Shown piece by piece: positions 27,947-36,403 of a DNA stretch of 45,085 nt. Source of the DNA: a virus (lineage: Duplodnaviria; Caudoviricetes). The stretch covers positions 1 through 45,085 of the IMG/VR virus record IMGVR_UViG_3300037048_000158; one strand, written 5' to 3'. Position numbers and translations under genes: made by a program. The stretch's first letter is position 1, and each line of letters starts with the position of its first letter. The notes beneath the pieces are model-generated. The model made no database searches, was not told where the DNA came from, and saw nothing but the letters and a program-made list of their open reading frames with translations.

Positions 27947-28389
27947 GGTACTGAATCCGATTTCATAGTTTCAATTTCCTGCAGGTAAAAATTAATTGCG
28001 GGATGATCACTGAATATGACTCCGGATTCATACCGCTGATTATTTGTGGCATTATTGCTGATCAACGCCAGCAATCGTTTGTTACCGGAAGACATAAAGA
28101 TGGTTTTCGAATGATTCCTGGTAAGCAACAGTTCATCAACATTGCGAGCTGCATAATCGGTATTGAGTGGCTTCCGGGAAGCAACCGTAAAGTCTAAAAA
28201 CAAAGTGATGTGTTTGATATCTGCCCGGTGCCTGATCAACCGGCGTACCCATGGCTCAGTAATGGCAAACGAACTGATGATTGCCTGATCAACATTTATG
28301 AGTTCCTGAAGCATCTTATCAAAAATGTGATGTGCCTGGATTTTGTTATCAAGATAAATCGCTAAGTGGTCATCAATCCAGTTTATCAT
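27934..28389 (-). CDS. Single-domain phospholipase D-like (HxK) nuclease
   Basis: NHSK...SNNATNNQRYE. Confidence 0.7.
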   Translation of the reverse strand: MINWIDDHLAIYLDNKIQAHHIFDKMLQELINVDQAIISSFAITEPWVRRLIRHRADIKHITLFLDFTVASRKPLNTDYAARNVDELLLTRNHSKTIFMSSGNKRLLALISNNATNNQRYESGVIFSDHPAINFYLQEIETMKSDSVPWMK

Positions 28390-28489
28390 ATAACCTCCAG
28401 AGTTGAATTATTAAATTAAACTCCTTGCTCTGATCAAATAAATTTTTGAGCAAAGCAAGGAGCGTGGCTGCATACTAATGTTGTAGTGA

Positions 28490-29272
28490 TCAGCACTCCG
28501 GGGTTTCGATTTTCAAGGGTGAATCTTCAGCAATAACTTTAAGGGTTACCAGCTGATCCCTTGTTTCTTTTTTTACTGTTACACCTAATTTTATAAGGAT
28601 CTCAATCCGCTTCCGGATCTCTACCATCCTGGCTTCAGCTTTTTTGGCATCGAGCCCAGGCAACGCTGCAACTCCTTTGCTTACATAACTCCGGCAAGCG
28701 TTAATCGTTTTTGCCACATCTGCAGATGATTCTTCTTTCTCCTTTTCTTTTGGAGGGAAGGTTCCGCCCTGGCTCTTTAAAAGTTGCCATTCATCGAGCT
28801 TATCCCAACCGACACTGATCACCTGGTCGCATTTGATTACTTCCCCACGCAGTATCTTTCTTTCTTCGTCTGTTTTTGCGAGCTTCATTTTTTCGTGGAA
28901 AACACGCTGTTCCTTGTAAGCTCCTGTTATTGCATCATAAACTATATGCAGTTCTTCCGGCAGGTCATCCCGATTGATCCGGCGAGGCTCAAGTATTTTA
29001 TGCTTGCCGGCCGGTTTTTCAATTTTAGGTTTTTCCACTGGTGTTGACACAGCAATCGGAACCATGTCGATGGCCGGCATTTTTTCGAGACGTGCCGGCA
29101 TTTGTTTTGCCAGTTTCTGAAGTTCGTATTCCAGTTTTCGTTGATCGCTTTTCCGTTGAAGGTAAAGCATTATTGATCGGTTATGAGATGCATTGATATA
29201 CATCTGTAGGCCTGACTGAAAATCCCTTTTTTCAGACAAAAGCCAATTTTGGATTTGTTCTAAAAGTGACAT
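28490..29272 (-). CDS. Hypothetical helical phage protein
   Basis: Start re-called to MSLLEQIQNWL downstream of the terminator hairpin. Confidence 0.6.
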   Translation of the reverse strand: MSLLEQIQNWLLSEKRDFQSGLQMYINASHNRSIMLYLQRKSDQRKLEYELQKLAKQMPARLEKMPAIDMVPIAVSTPVEKPKIEKPAGKHKILEPRRINRDDLPEELHIVYDAITGAYKEQRVFHEKMKLAKTDEERKILRGEVIKCDQVISVGWDKLDEWQLLKSQGGTFPPKEKEKEESSADVAKTINACRSYVSKGVAALPGLDAKKAEARMVEIRKRIEILIKLGVTVKKETRDQLVTLKVIAEDSPLKIETPEC

Positions 29273-29294
29273 GTTTTCTTTTTTTTTGTTTATT

Positions 29295-29324
29295 AAAAAA
29301 GCCCTGCCCAACCGGGCAGGGCTT
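29295..29324 (-). terminator. Intrinsic terminator after the capsid and major tail genes
   Basis: AAGCCCTGCCC / GGGCAGGGCTT stem followed by a U-tract. Confidence 0.8.
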
Positions 29325-29348
29325 CACTCATTGATTCAAATCGCACCA

Positions 29349-29939
29349 CTAAGGTGCTATGGGTACAAAAATACCCGTATCACAATCTAAGGTTCCATCC
29401 TCCAGGATAAGTTCGCCTTTATAACCAGGCAATGGAGTTGTGCACGGAACTTCGATTTCAATGGTTAATCCCTTATCAGAACCAGGAGCATCGCCGGAGT
29501 CGCCTTTGATGTTTACTGTAATATCATAATCTTCATCGCCGAGCATTACGAAACGTTTTTCAGATTCGTGAGGCAAAGGAACAATCATAACGATGTTACT
29601 GTTGATGGTTTGCTTTGCCATACTCTTTGAAGAGTCGGAGATATCAGGGAAAGAAAATGTCGCCTTGTTGGTAAACATTTTGTGATCTTTCTCTCCCATG
29701 GGTTCCCAGTATACTTTGCCCTTACCCTGAGTGGTGTAAAGTTTCATAAAAGTTTTACCGGCAACCATTTCAAAATCGCCAGCCACATTCACATTTTCGG
29801 ATGCTGTAGCCGGAGCAACTGCAATTTTGGGAAGTGGCCTCTTGAGCCAGGATTTCGGGGCCCAGTAGATGGTCGTTTTTATCCCTGAGGGATTAATCTG
29901 ACCATCGCTCCAGTTGAGTGATTCATACAGATCTGCCAT
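29349..29939 (-). CDS. Major tail (tube) protein-like
   Basis: 196 aa, beta-rich, SGIK..IY.AP...; coupled to the capsid gene and followed by a terminator. Confidence 0.6.
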   Translation of the reverse strand: MADLYESLNWSDGQINPSGIKTTIYWAPKSWLKRPLPKIAVAPATASENVNVAGDFEMVAGKTFMKLYTTQGKGKVYWEPMGEKDHKMFTNKATFSFPDISDSSKSMAKQTINSNIVMIVPLPHESEKRFVMLGDEDYDITVNIKGDSGDAPGSDKGLTIEIEVPCTTPLPGYKGELILEDGTLDCDTGIFVPIAP

Positions 29940-30907
29940 TAGATTACCTCCTCAGTTGAAATTTCCAGAACACAAATAAACCTCTTATCAAGCGTATCGA
30001 AGCCTACACCAAAGTAAGCCATCAGGAAGAACTGCACCAATTTTGGATTATCAGGCCGGCGGATTTCAACGTTTTCCTTGTCGCTTTCCTGGTCAACGCC
30101 AACTTTCATATTTTCCTTTACGGTTATGAAAATGTAAGGCTGACCTTCCATATTGTCAAGTGGAACAAACGAACATTTACCGCGTGAACCTACCAGCGTT
30201 TTCTTCGACTGGTCGTGACCTTCGTTCCAGGGAACATGACCGAATTCGGTTTGGAACCAATCTTCGTACATATCCAGCACTGAACTTGGCAGATACATAA
30301 GGACTTTGCGTTTTTTCAGCAAAGGATTGATTTTGCGGTAAGCAGCTTTCAGAACATCACCACAATTAGCTGAAGTAATTGCTTCAGCAGTCAAATCCTG
30401 GTAATTGCCTTTGACGGCTGAAATGGTACCTGCAACTTTTGCTGCAGTGGTAAGGGTTGAAAACCCGTTGAACAGGTCGGCTGTGGTATCGCCTTCGGCA
30501 TCGCGAACGGCGGTGAACATTGCATCGTGCAGCGCTTCTCCGATTTTACGGGCCATTTCCATGGCAACCATACGGGCAATTGCACGCTGATCAGGTTTGG
30601 TTGCAGTAGCCTCTGTGTAGAGGGTGCCCAAAATTGCGTTAGGGTCGAATTCCTTAACAACGTCGCCCAGGAATGTTTCCCATTCAAAGGGATCGATTCT
30701 GGTGCTGTCGGAAGCGCCCTTTTCGGTACGGTAAGGCCTCAGCTGGGCATCGGTGGTAAGAGTACCGCCGATTTCTTTGCCCTGTAGACCTGTCTTGAGG
30801 CTCATGAACTGAAGTACATCAGCGAGCTCGGCAACCGGCATGGTAAGAAGTTCTTTCTTATACTTTACGCCGGCGTCAATTAATGACTGGTGAATTGTGA
30901 TTGACAC
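29939..30907 (-). CDS. Major capsid protein
   Basis: 322 aa after the protease/scaffold gene; LFNGF and terminal YFGVGF features consistent with the HK97 fold. Confidence 0.75.
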   Translation of the reverse strand: MSITIHQSLIDAGVKYKKELLTMPVAELADVLQFMSLKTGLQGKEIGGTLTTDAQLRPYRTEKGASDSTRIDPFEWETFLGDVVKEFDPNAILGTLYTEATATKPDQRAIARMVAMEMARKIGEALHDAMFTAVRDAEGDTTADLFNGFSTLTTAAKVAGTISAVKGNYQDLTAEAITSANCGDVLKAAYRKINPLLKKRKVLMYLPSSVLDMYEDWFQTEFGHVPWNEGHDQSKKTLVGSRGKCSFVPLDNMEGQPYIFITVKENMKVGVDQESDKENVEIRRPDNPKLVQFFLMAYFGVGFDTLDKRFICVLEISTEEVI

Positions 30908-30909
30908 TT

Positions 30910-32148
30910 TTACTTGTTTTTAAGGTTTTTCAATCTTGAAAAGCGTTCAAAAAAACCTTCTTCAGCGGGGTCGCCGGTGCCATCGGTTTCTTTTTGTACG
31001 GTCGCGGATTTATCATCCGGATCTTTCTCGAGTTCAACAATGCGTTCGTTAGCTGTCTGAAGTTGGCCTTCGAGCTCAGTAACGCGGGCTTGCTGATTGG
31101 AAGAATTCGTTACTTTCTGCTGTAGGGCTGCGTTTGCTGTTTCGTGGGCTTCGAGAGCTCTTTCAACAGTAACAGCCTGGTCAGCAGTAAGCGTGATGGA
31201 GCCGTCAGCACTTTCAAATGCGTCTACTCCGGAAGCTTTTGCAAGCCTCTTCAGATCAGGTTTGTTCATGTTTGGTTTGGTATTGGGTAAATTAGAATTT
31301 ACAGATAAGTCAGCAACGCGCTGAAGTGCGACATCAAAACTGCCGATGGAATCGACAAGGGATCCGACAACGTCTTTTGCAAAATAAAGGTTGGCAGTTG
31401 TTTGCTCATCCTTTATGGCGGGCCTTGCAGATTTTACAGTATTGATAAATTTTTCGGCAAGCGGCTTGAGTATGTTTTCTTTATACTCTTCATAATTGCC
31501 GGCCCGTAATTGATTCCATGTTTTTACCTTATCGCCGCTCTGTGGAGCTGTGATCACGTGAAATTTAACTCCCTGAAGCTCCAGTGCCGGCTGAATATCC
31601 ATAAATGATAGAAGCACGCCAATTGAACCAACCTGGGCAGTTGAATTGTTGGCAATAATTTCATCGGCCTGCGATGCCAGCCAGTAACCTGCTGAAGCTG
31701 CAAGATCATCAACAAAAGCAACAACTGGTTTTTTGGTATCGCGGATGATGTTACCGAGCTCCTCGGTTCCGGCTACGGTTCCACCTGGTGAATCGATGCT
31801 GAGCAGTATTCCGGAAATGTCAGGATCCCGATCGGCATTTTTTATCCAGGCACCAATTGATTTCATGCCGGCAGGTCCGCAGTACTGATCGTTTTTTGTT
31901 AACGGTCCGCTGATGGTTATAACTGCGACATTTACGCTTTTCCCGGATTGTGGTTTTCTTCCACCGGGTCCGGCTGATCCGGCAATAACTACATGAGTTG
32001 ATGGAGCAACCGGTTCACCCTTTTCAAAAACAACTCCCTGATTCAGGATATTGCCGATAGTGACAGAAAGATCGTGAACCGCTTTTTCTTCGATGGCCCA
32101 CGGTTCGTTGAGTATTGCAGAAATCAGATGAGGTTGATAAACTTGCAT
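30910..32148 (-). CDS. S49 (SppA-like) prohead protease with C-terminal scaffold
   Basis: IDSPGG, AASAGYWLAS and VGSIGV motifs; coiled-coil C-terminus. Confidence 0.9.
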   Translation of the reverse strand: MQVYQPHLISAILNEPWAIEEKAVHDLSVTIGNILNQGVVFEKGEPVAPSTHVVIAGSAGPGGRKPQSGKSVNVAVITISGPLTKNDQYCGPAGMKSIGAWIKNADRDPDISGILLSIDSPGGTVAGTEELGNIIRDTKKPVVAFVDDLAASAGYWLASQADEIIANNSTAQVGSIGVLLSFMDIQPALELQGVKFHVITAPQSGDKVKTWNQLRAGNYEEYKENILKPLAEKFINTVKSARPAIKDEQTTANLYFAKDVVGSLVDSIGSFDVALQRVADLSVNSNLPNTKPNMNKPDLKRLAKASGVDAFESADGSITLTADQAVTVERALEAHETANAALQQKVTNSSNQQARVTELEGQLQTANERIVELEKDPDDKSATVQKETDGTGDPAEEGFFERFSRLKNLKNK

Positions 32149-32165
32149 TGAGGAAATTTATTCCA

Positions 32166-32201
32166 CAATGTTACATTAAGAAGCCTCATCGGTAAAGGAC
32201 T
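32166..32201 (-). promoter_or_regulatory. Putative phage late promoter (head operon)
   Basis: AGTCCTTT-N20-TAACATTG, overlapping the end of the upstream CDS. Confidence 0.7.
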
Positions 32202-32565
32202 GAACAGGAATACCAACTGCAGAGCTAAAGGTTATTTTGATATCATAACCATATTTTGTTCCCGGTGCACCTTCATTCTTTTCAGAGTAGGTAATAGCTG
32301 CTTTAAAATCATCGTTCCCAAGTTCATGCATATTTCCAGAATTATCGATTATCGAAAATATTCCACCAAGTTTCGCCAACTTGCTTAAAATATTTTTCAT
32401 TTCTGAAGAAATATTCGGAATGTAAGATGAGCATTCCGCTTTTTCAATGAAATTCTGACGAACAGGCTCACCTGTTAAATTTATGGTACCGGACATGCTC
32501 CGGATTGGAAGAAGGATATAATCTTCATTCTCCTCAAATTTGTAAAGGATACTTTTGATCAACAT
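32176..32565 (-). CDS. Hypothetical phage protein
   Basis: ORF in operon context. Confidence 0.6.
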   Translation of the reverse strand: MLIKSILYKFEENEDYILLPIRSMSGTINLTGEPVRQNFIEKAECSSYIPNISSEMKNILSKLAKLGGIFSIIDNSGNMHELGNDDFKAAITYSEKNEGAPGTKYGYDIKITFSSAVGIPVQSFTDEAS

Positions 32566-32628
32566 TGTCTGGTGTTTTTTCAGTGATTTGTCCCCCGAAA
32601 AGGGACATTTAACTGATTAATATTTTAT

Positions 32629-33135
32629 TTACCTGTAATTAAACGCTTTAGCTGCTGTTTGAAGGTATTCGCGAATCTTTTTTCTCTTTCTGTACTCATC
32701 TTTCTTCAGCATTTCATATTTATCCTCACCGAAAATCAAATCTGAGTAGATCTCGATAACTGTTTTCCGGTCCATCTTCAGATCGATATTCCCGGTTTGA
32801 ACCATCATGCGAAAATCAAGATACGCTGAAGCTTCAATATAGTCATTTATCCTGACCATATCTTCGGCCGAATAGTACGAAAGACAATTGCGGCCGCAGT
32901 CGTTACCATGTGTTGGCATCTGCAGTTTTGCAATTATACCTGTGGCTGGATCCAGTCGGCGTTTTTTAAAACTGCAAGTCCGTATCCTGGAAAACAGGTA
33001 CTGCCCGACTTCGTGATCACGGTTAACCTGGATAGTGGATCCTGATGGCGTATTGAATATAAACCTCAGATAGTTTTCGCTGGATTGTTTCTTTAAAATC
33101 AGATCGATGTATTGTTCGGTTGGGCTGTTTTGCAT
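32629..33135 (-). CDS. Putative late transcription regulator
   Basis: Basic helical C-terminus (YEMLKKDEYRKRKK); lies between the origin and the late genes. Function inferred from position. Confidence 0.45.
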   Translation of the reverse strand: MQNSPTEQYIDLILKKQSSENYLRFIFNTPSGSTIQVNRDHEVGQYLFSRIRTCSFKKRRLDPATGIIAKLQMPTHGNDCGRNCLSYYSAEDMVRINDYIEASAYLDFRMMVQTGNIDLKMDRKTVIEIYSDLIFGEDKYEMLKKDEYRKRKKIREYLQTAAKAFNYR

Positions 33136-33252
33136 GCATTAAATTTACAACTGTAATTATTTTATAAAAAAATATTTTTCATGCAAATTGCTGACATGGC
33201 ATTAATTCAAAAAAAACTATACCCTATATTAAATCGCCAAAAAAGTGAAAAT

Positions 33253-33524
33253 TTTGTAATTTTCGCGTTTTCACCTCTGTAACTTGCTGATAATGACCAA
33301 TTACAAAATTACAAACCGGTTTGTAATTTTTTTCTAACTTACTGAGAATGAGCAATTACAAATTTTGTAATTTTTGTAATTTTTGAGAAAACAGCCTCAT
33401 CGATGTGGCCGAAAAAATTACAAATTCGAGAAAATTACAAAATTATTTTTGTTTTGTAATTTTTTTGTAATTGTGTAACATTCTGTTTTTCTGTAGTTTA
33501 TCTATTAAAATTACAAATTACAAA
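33253..33524. repeat. Iteron array; putative replication origin
   Basis: 13 perfect AATTACAAA 9-mers (7 forward, 6 reverse) in an AT-rich non-coding region. Confidence 0.8.
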
Positions 33525-33633
33525 AAAATAATAGATTGGAGGGTGGGGGGGGGGTTCGGCAAATATGCAAAATTGATCAATTATTGACTGAGTAAATGTG
33601 TGCCGCGGAGCTGGTGGGAGCTCTGGAGGCTTG

Positions 33634-33831
33634 TAAGGTATTCGCTTTGCTCATAGTGTTTGCCGCTTCGCTGATCAGTGCCGGCCGGTTCTCCTGGAGA
33701 GTGGATCCGGAGCATGGCCGGCTGGTCTCCAGTGGAAGTATTTTATAAGGTATTCGCTTCGCTCATGAGGTTTGCCGCTTCGCTGATCAGGGCCGGCCGG
33801 TTGCCAGGATAAGGAGATCCGGAGCATGGCC
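33634..33831. repeat. Imperfect ~86-bp direct repeat, 2 copies, 112-bp period
   Basis: 33634..33719 and 33746..33831: TAAGGTATTCGCTT.GCTCAT...TTTGCCGCTTCGCTGATCAG.GCCGGCCGGTT...GATCCGGAGCATGGCC. Confidence 0.85.
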
Positions 33832-33840
33832 AACCGGGCA

Positions 33841-33875
33841 AAAAACAAGCCCGCTACAATTGAATGTAGCGGGCT
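33841..33875 (-). terminator. Intrinsic terminator ending the early operon
   Basis: AGCCCGCTACA / TGTAGCGGGCT stem followed by a U-rich tract. Confidence 0.75.
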
Positions 33876-33931
33876 GATGGTGGGGCAAATGATTTATATA
33901 GTGCTGTAGATGGGGAATGCCCGGCTATATG

Positions 33932-34171
33932 TTATTTTTTATTTTGGTTTGACGAGACCCAATAATTCCAGATACCCATTCCCCATGAATAGGTGTAAAA
34001 TGCAGATAAGGCGACAACCCCCCACTGTTCGTTTGTGATTGAAGTGTAAAACCAAAATGGTTGTCCTATCATTCCAATTATGTAACCCCAACGCTTCCAT
34101 TCTTCTTTTCGTGCCACCAGCCATATAGCGGAGCATCCGCAAATCAAAAGCATTATTTGTGAAAAGTCCAT
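33932..34171 (-). CDS. Small 3-TM membrane protein (PnuC/SemiSWEET-like half)
   Basis: Three hydrophobic segments; WGY..G..GQPFW....QWG motif. Confidence 0.55.
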   Translation of the reverse strand: MDFSQIMLLICGCSAIWLVARKEEWKRWGYIIGMIGQPFWFYTSITNEQWGVVALSAFYTYSWGMGIWNYWVSSNQNKK

Positions 34172-34176
34172 TAGGA

Positions 34177-34455
34177 TTATTTTTTAGTTGTTTCAAATTG
34201 ATGTAACAATAGTGCAAAGTTTTGTACAAATTTATCATTAGTGGATAATTCTCCTTCCCCGATACTTTCTAATATAGCGTGGACCACTTCATGATAAAGT
34301 GTTTGTTCAACCAATTTTCCTTCTATCCCATTTGCGTAGATAGATACAAGCGACTTAGGAAATTCACATAATCCGAAAAGATTTAAGTCCTTTAATCTGG
34401 ATTCGTCTTCTTTGACAGTCCACTTAATACCTCCGAGCGTAAATTCACTTATCAT
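34177..34455 (-). CDS. Minimal HEXXH zinc-metallopeptidase-like protein
   Basis: G.C.F....I.I and QTLYHEVVHAIL motifs. Confidence 0.65.
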   Translation of the reverse strand: MISEFTLGGIKWTVKEDESRLKDLNLFGLCEFPKSLVSIYANGIEGKLVEQTLYHEVVHAILESIGEGELSTNDKFVQNFALLLHQFETTKK

Positions 34456-34602
34456 AAGCTTTATTCTTAAGTATTAATTTAAAACCTATCATTGGACAAA
34501 CAAATTAGCCACTGACAGGTGCGTTAATATTCTGCCTCCGGGTTTCCATTCGAGTGATGGGCTTCTCTGTTGACCGACTTGGATGTGGCTAATTTGAATT
34601 AA

Positions 34603-34818
34603 TTACTCTGCTTTAGTGAAATCAACATAATACTCCCCGAACTCAAATTTTACATCAAGGTTTGTAATGTGTAGTTCAATTTTACCGGCAGGAGTGAACT
34701 TCCAGAAATTTTTATTTTCTTCACTGCCTGTTGTAACTGGCATAAGCGTTACTCTTGTTCCGCCTCCATTTCCTTGTTTGGTTATTTCGGCTACATTAAA
34801 TTTTGCTCTTGTTGTCAT
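34603..34818 (-). CDS. Small conserved phage protein
   Basis: MTTRAKF...SEENKNFWKFTPAGKIEL.I.N...EYYVDFT; the upstream in-frame hydrophobic extension is uncertain. Confidence 0.65.
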   Translation of the reverse strand: MTTRAKFNVAEITKQGNGGGTRVTLMPVTTGSEENKNFWKFTPAGKIELHITNLDVKFEFGEYYVDFTKAE

Positions 34819-35017
34819 TGTTATTCGTGTGGATTTTACAAAGCCCATCCAAGGCGTTATTTTTAAAAGGTCATATATCCATTTGCATAAAAAAGGTATC
34901 GCAATACTCAAAAAGAACACTATTGCGAAAAATGCAAACATCTCTGTACCTGGTCTATTTTCCATCGTTATTTTGGTTTTTTGAGTGAATGCAAAACAGC
35001 ACATAGCCGCCATCCCG

Positions 35018-35191
35018 TTAGGCGTTATTATCCCGTAACCAATCACCCCTTGCCTTTATTTTAGTTTTCAATTCTTCAACTTCTTTAGGATACCACTTTT
35101 GGTCAACCATTTCTTTTACTTGCAATTCGGCTAGGGCTTTGTGAAGTTTATTCAATTCGTCATCGTTTAAAAAAATTGCTAATTTTCCCAT
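35018..35191 (-). CDS. 57-aa hypothetical protein (not in ORF track)
   Basis: MGKLAIFLNDDELNKLHKAL...RDNNA fills the gap in the early operon. Confidence 0.5.
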   Translation of the reverse strand: MGKLAIFLNDDELNKLHKALAELQVKEMVDQKWYPKEVEELKTKIKARGDWLRDNNA

Positions 35192-35212
35192 ATAGCTGCG
35201 TTTATTGCGAGA

Positions 35213-35674
35213 TCAAAACGTATGTGAGCCATGATGTTGAAAATCCTGTGCCCGGGCTAAGCGCATAAATTTATTGTAGAGGTTTAAGGTCATTTTCTCG
35301 CCTTCAAGGATAGCCTCGACGTATCCACAGCAATTGACTTCAGTTTGTCTTATTCCCATTCGCAAGGAGATAAGTTTATCAATTGTCTTCCATTTGGCGG
35401 GTTTTTCCATGTCCATAAATTCAACCGCTTGCTTCAAAAAGCAGTAAGGAAAACTATCCCAATAGTGGACCATGTCATTGTGTTCAAGTATCAGTTGTTC
35501 GCCTCGCCAGTATATTTTGCATTCACTTAAATTTGTGGTGCGCTCAATTTCGTATTCCTTTTCAGGTGGTATTCTGTAAGACTGATTTTTAACATCCCAA
35601 TTCCTTTTAGATTGAATGTATGCCATTGTTTCTTCGGCTGTCTCATTTTCGAATTCGATTTGAAAGTATTCCAT
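35213..35674 (-). CDS. Hypothetical early protein
   Basis: Likely start MEYFQIEF with an A-rich leader. Confidence 0.55.
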   Translation of the reverse strand: MEYFQIEFENETAEETMAYIQSKRNWDVKNQSYRIPPEKEYEIERTTNLSECKIYWRGEQLILEHNDMVHYWDSFPYCFLKQAVEFMDMEKPAKWKTIDKLISLRMGIRQTEVNCCGYVEAILEGEKMTLNLYNKFMRLARAQDFQHHGSHTF

Positions 35675-35693
35675 TTGCTTTAGGTTTAAATTG

Positions 35694-35891
35694 TTAATCC
35701 TGGATTGTATTTTTATCCTCGAGCAACTCTTTGAAACGCCGGTCGCGTGCAGCTTTTGTTTCAAATTTTTCAAGTGTTGGCCAACCGGTATTTCCATCCT
35801 TATTTACTTTTATCCGCGGGGAGGGTTCGTCAGCTGTACGGAGGATCCGGAAGCCGGCCGCCATAACTTTTAATTGTGAATTTGTGTCCAT
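35694..35891 (-). CDS. Hypothetical early protein
   Basis: Operon context, A-rich start. Confidence 0.6.
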   Translation of the reverse strand: MDTNSQLKVMAAGFRILRTADEPSPRIKVNKDGNTGWPTLEKFETKAARDRRFKELLEDKNTIQD

Positions 35892-35917
35892 GTGTGTGGG
35901 TTTTTGTGATTTTTTAC

Positions 35918-36202
35918 TCAGATTTGAAACTTCTTATTTAAAATTATAGATTCAATCTCTTCCCTGATTTCGATTGATGTAGCAACCTTATTCTGTAGAT
36001 ATTCAAACATGAATGTAAGTTCTACTATCGAATATTTCTTTCTCCGGATAACCAGTTCTTCGTATATCTTTTTTGAATCAGCAAGGCTTTTAATATTATC
36101 AATATCGATGCAGATTTCGGAACATGTCCGCAGTGGTTTATCATCGGTAATTTTTTGCTGGAAACCGATTGCAATTATTTTTATAAATGATGAATTATCC
36201 AT
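35918..36202 (-). CDS. Hypothetical early protein
   Basis: Operon context. Confidence 0.55.
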   Translation of the reverse strand: MDNSSFIKIIAIGFQQKITDDKPLRTCSEICIDIDNIKSLADSKKIYEELVIRRKKYSIVELTFMFEYLQNKVATSIEIREEIESIILNKKFQI

Positions 36203-36214
36203 CGTTGTAGGTTT

Positions 36215-36403
36215 TTAAAATGGTAAATCACTATCTTCTGGTAAAATAGTTCTGCAGTTGGTATAACTCTCATCTCCGCACACTGGGCACCGGTAAACAG
36301 TCCAGATATCTTCCTGAACCTCGAGCCGGTCGCTCCATTTATGCACATCCCCGCACCGGGCACATTCAACCTCTCGCTGAGGATTATCTGTAGCGTCGCT
36401 CAT
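36215..36403 (-). CDS. Small zinc-ribbon protein with acidic DLPF tail
   Basis: CARC...CPVC; ends SDLPF. Confidence 0.6.
   Translation of the reverse strand: MSDATDNPQREVECARCGDVHKWSDRLEVQEDIWTVYRCPVCGDESYTNCRTILPEDSDLPF

Noticed and set aside
33253-33831. Possible CRISPR array
   Set aside because: Repeats are 9-mers in mixed orientation or two 86-bp copies; there are no regular spacers and no cas genes.
33855-33868. TACAAT-TG-AATGTA as a fifth operator
   Set aside because: The spacer is 2 nt rather than 3, and it forms the top of a terminator hairpin.
34845-35029. attC-like or cassette repeat (CCATCC..AGGCGTTATT twice; GCCTAAC on the minus strand) around a hydrophobic mini-ORF
   Set aside because: Too short and imperfect, with no complementary second arm found.
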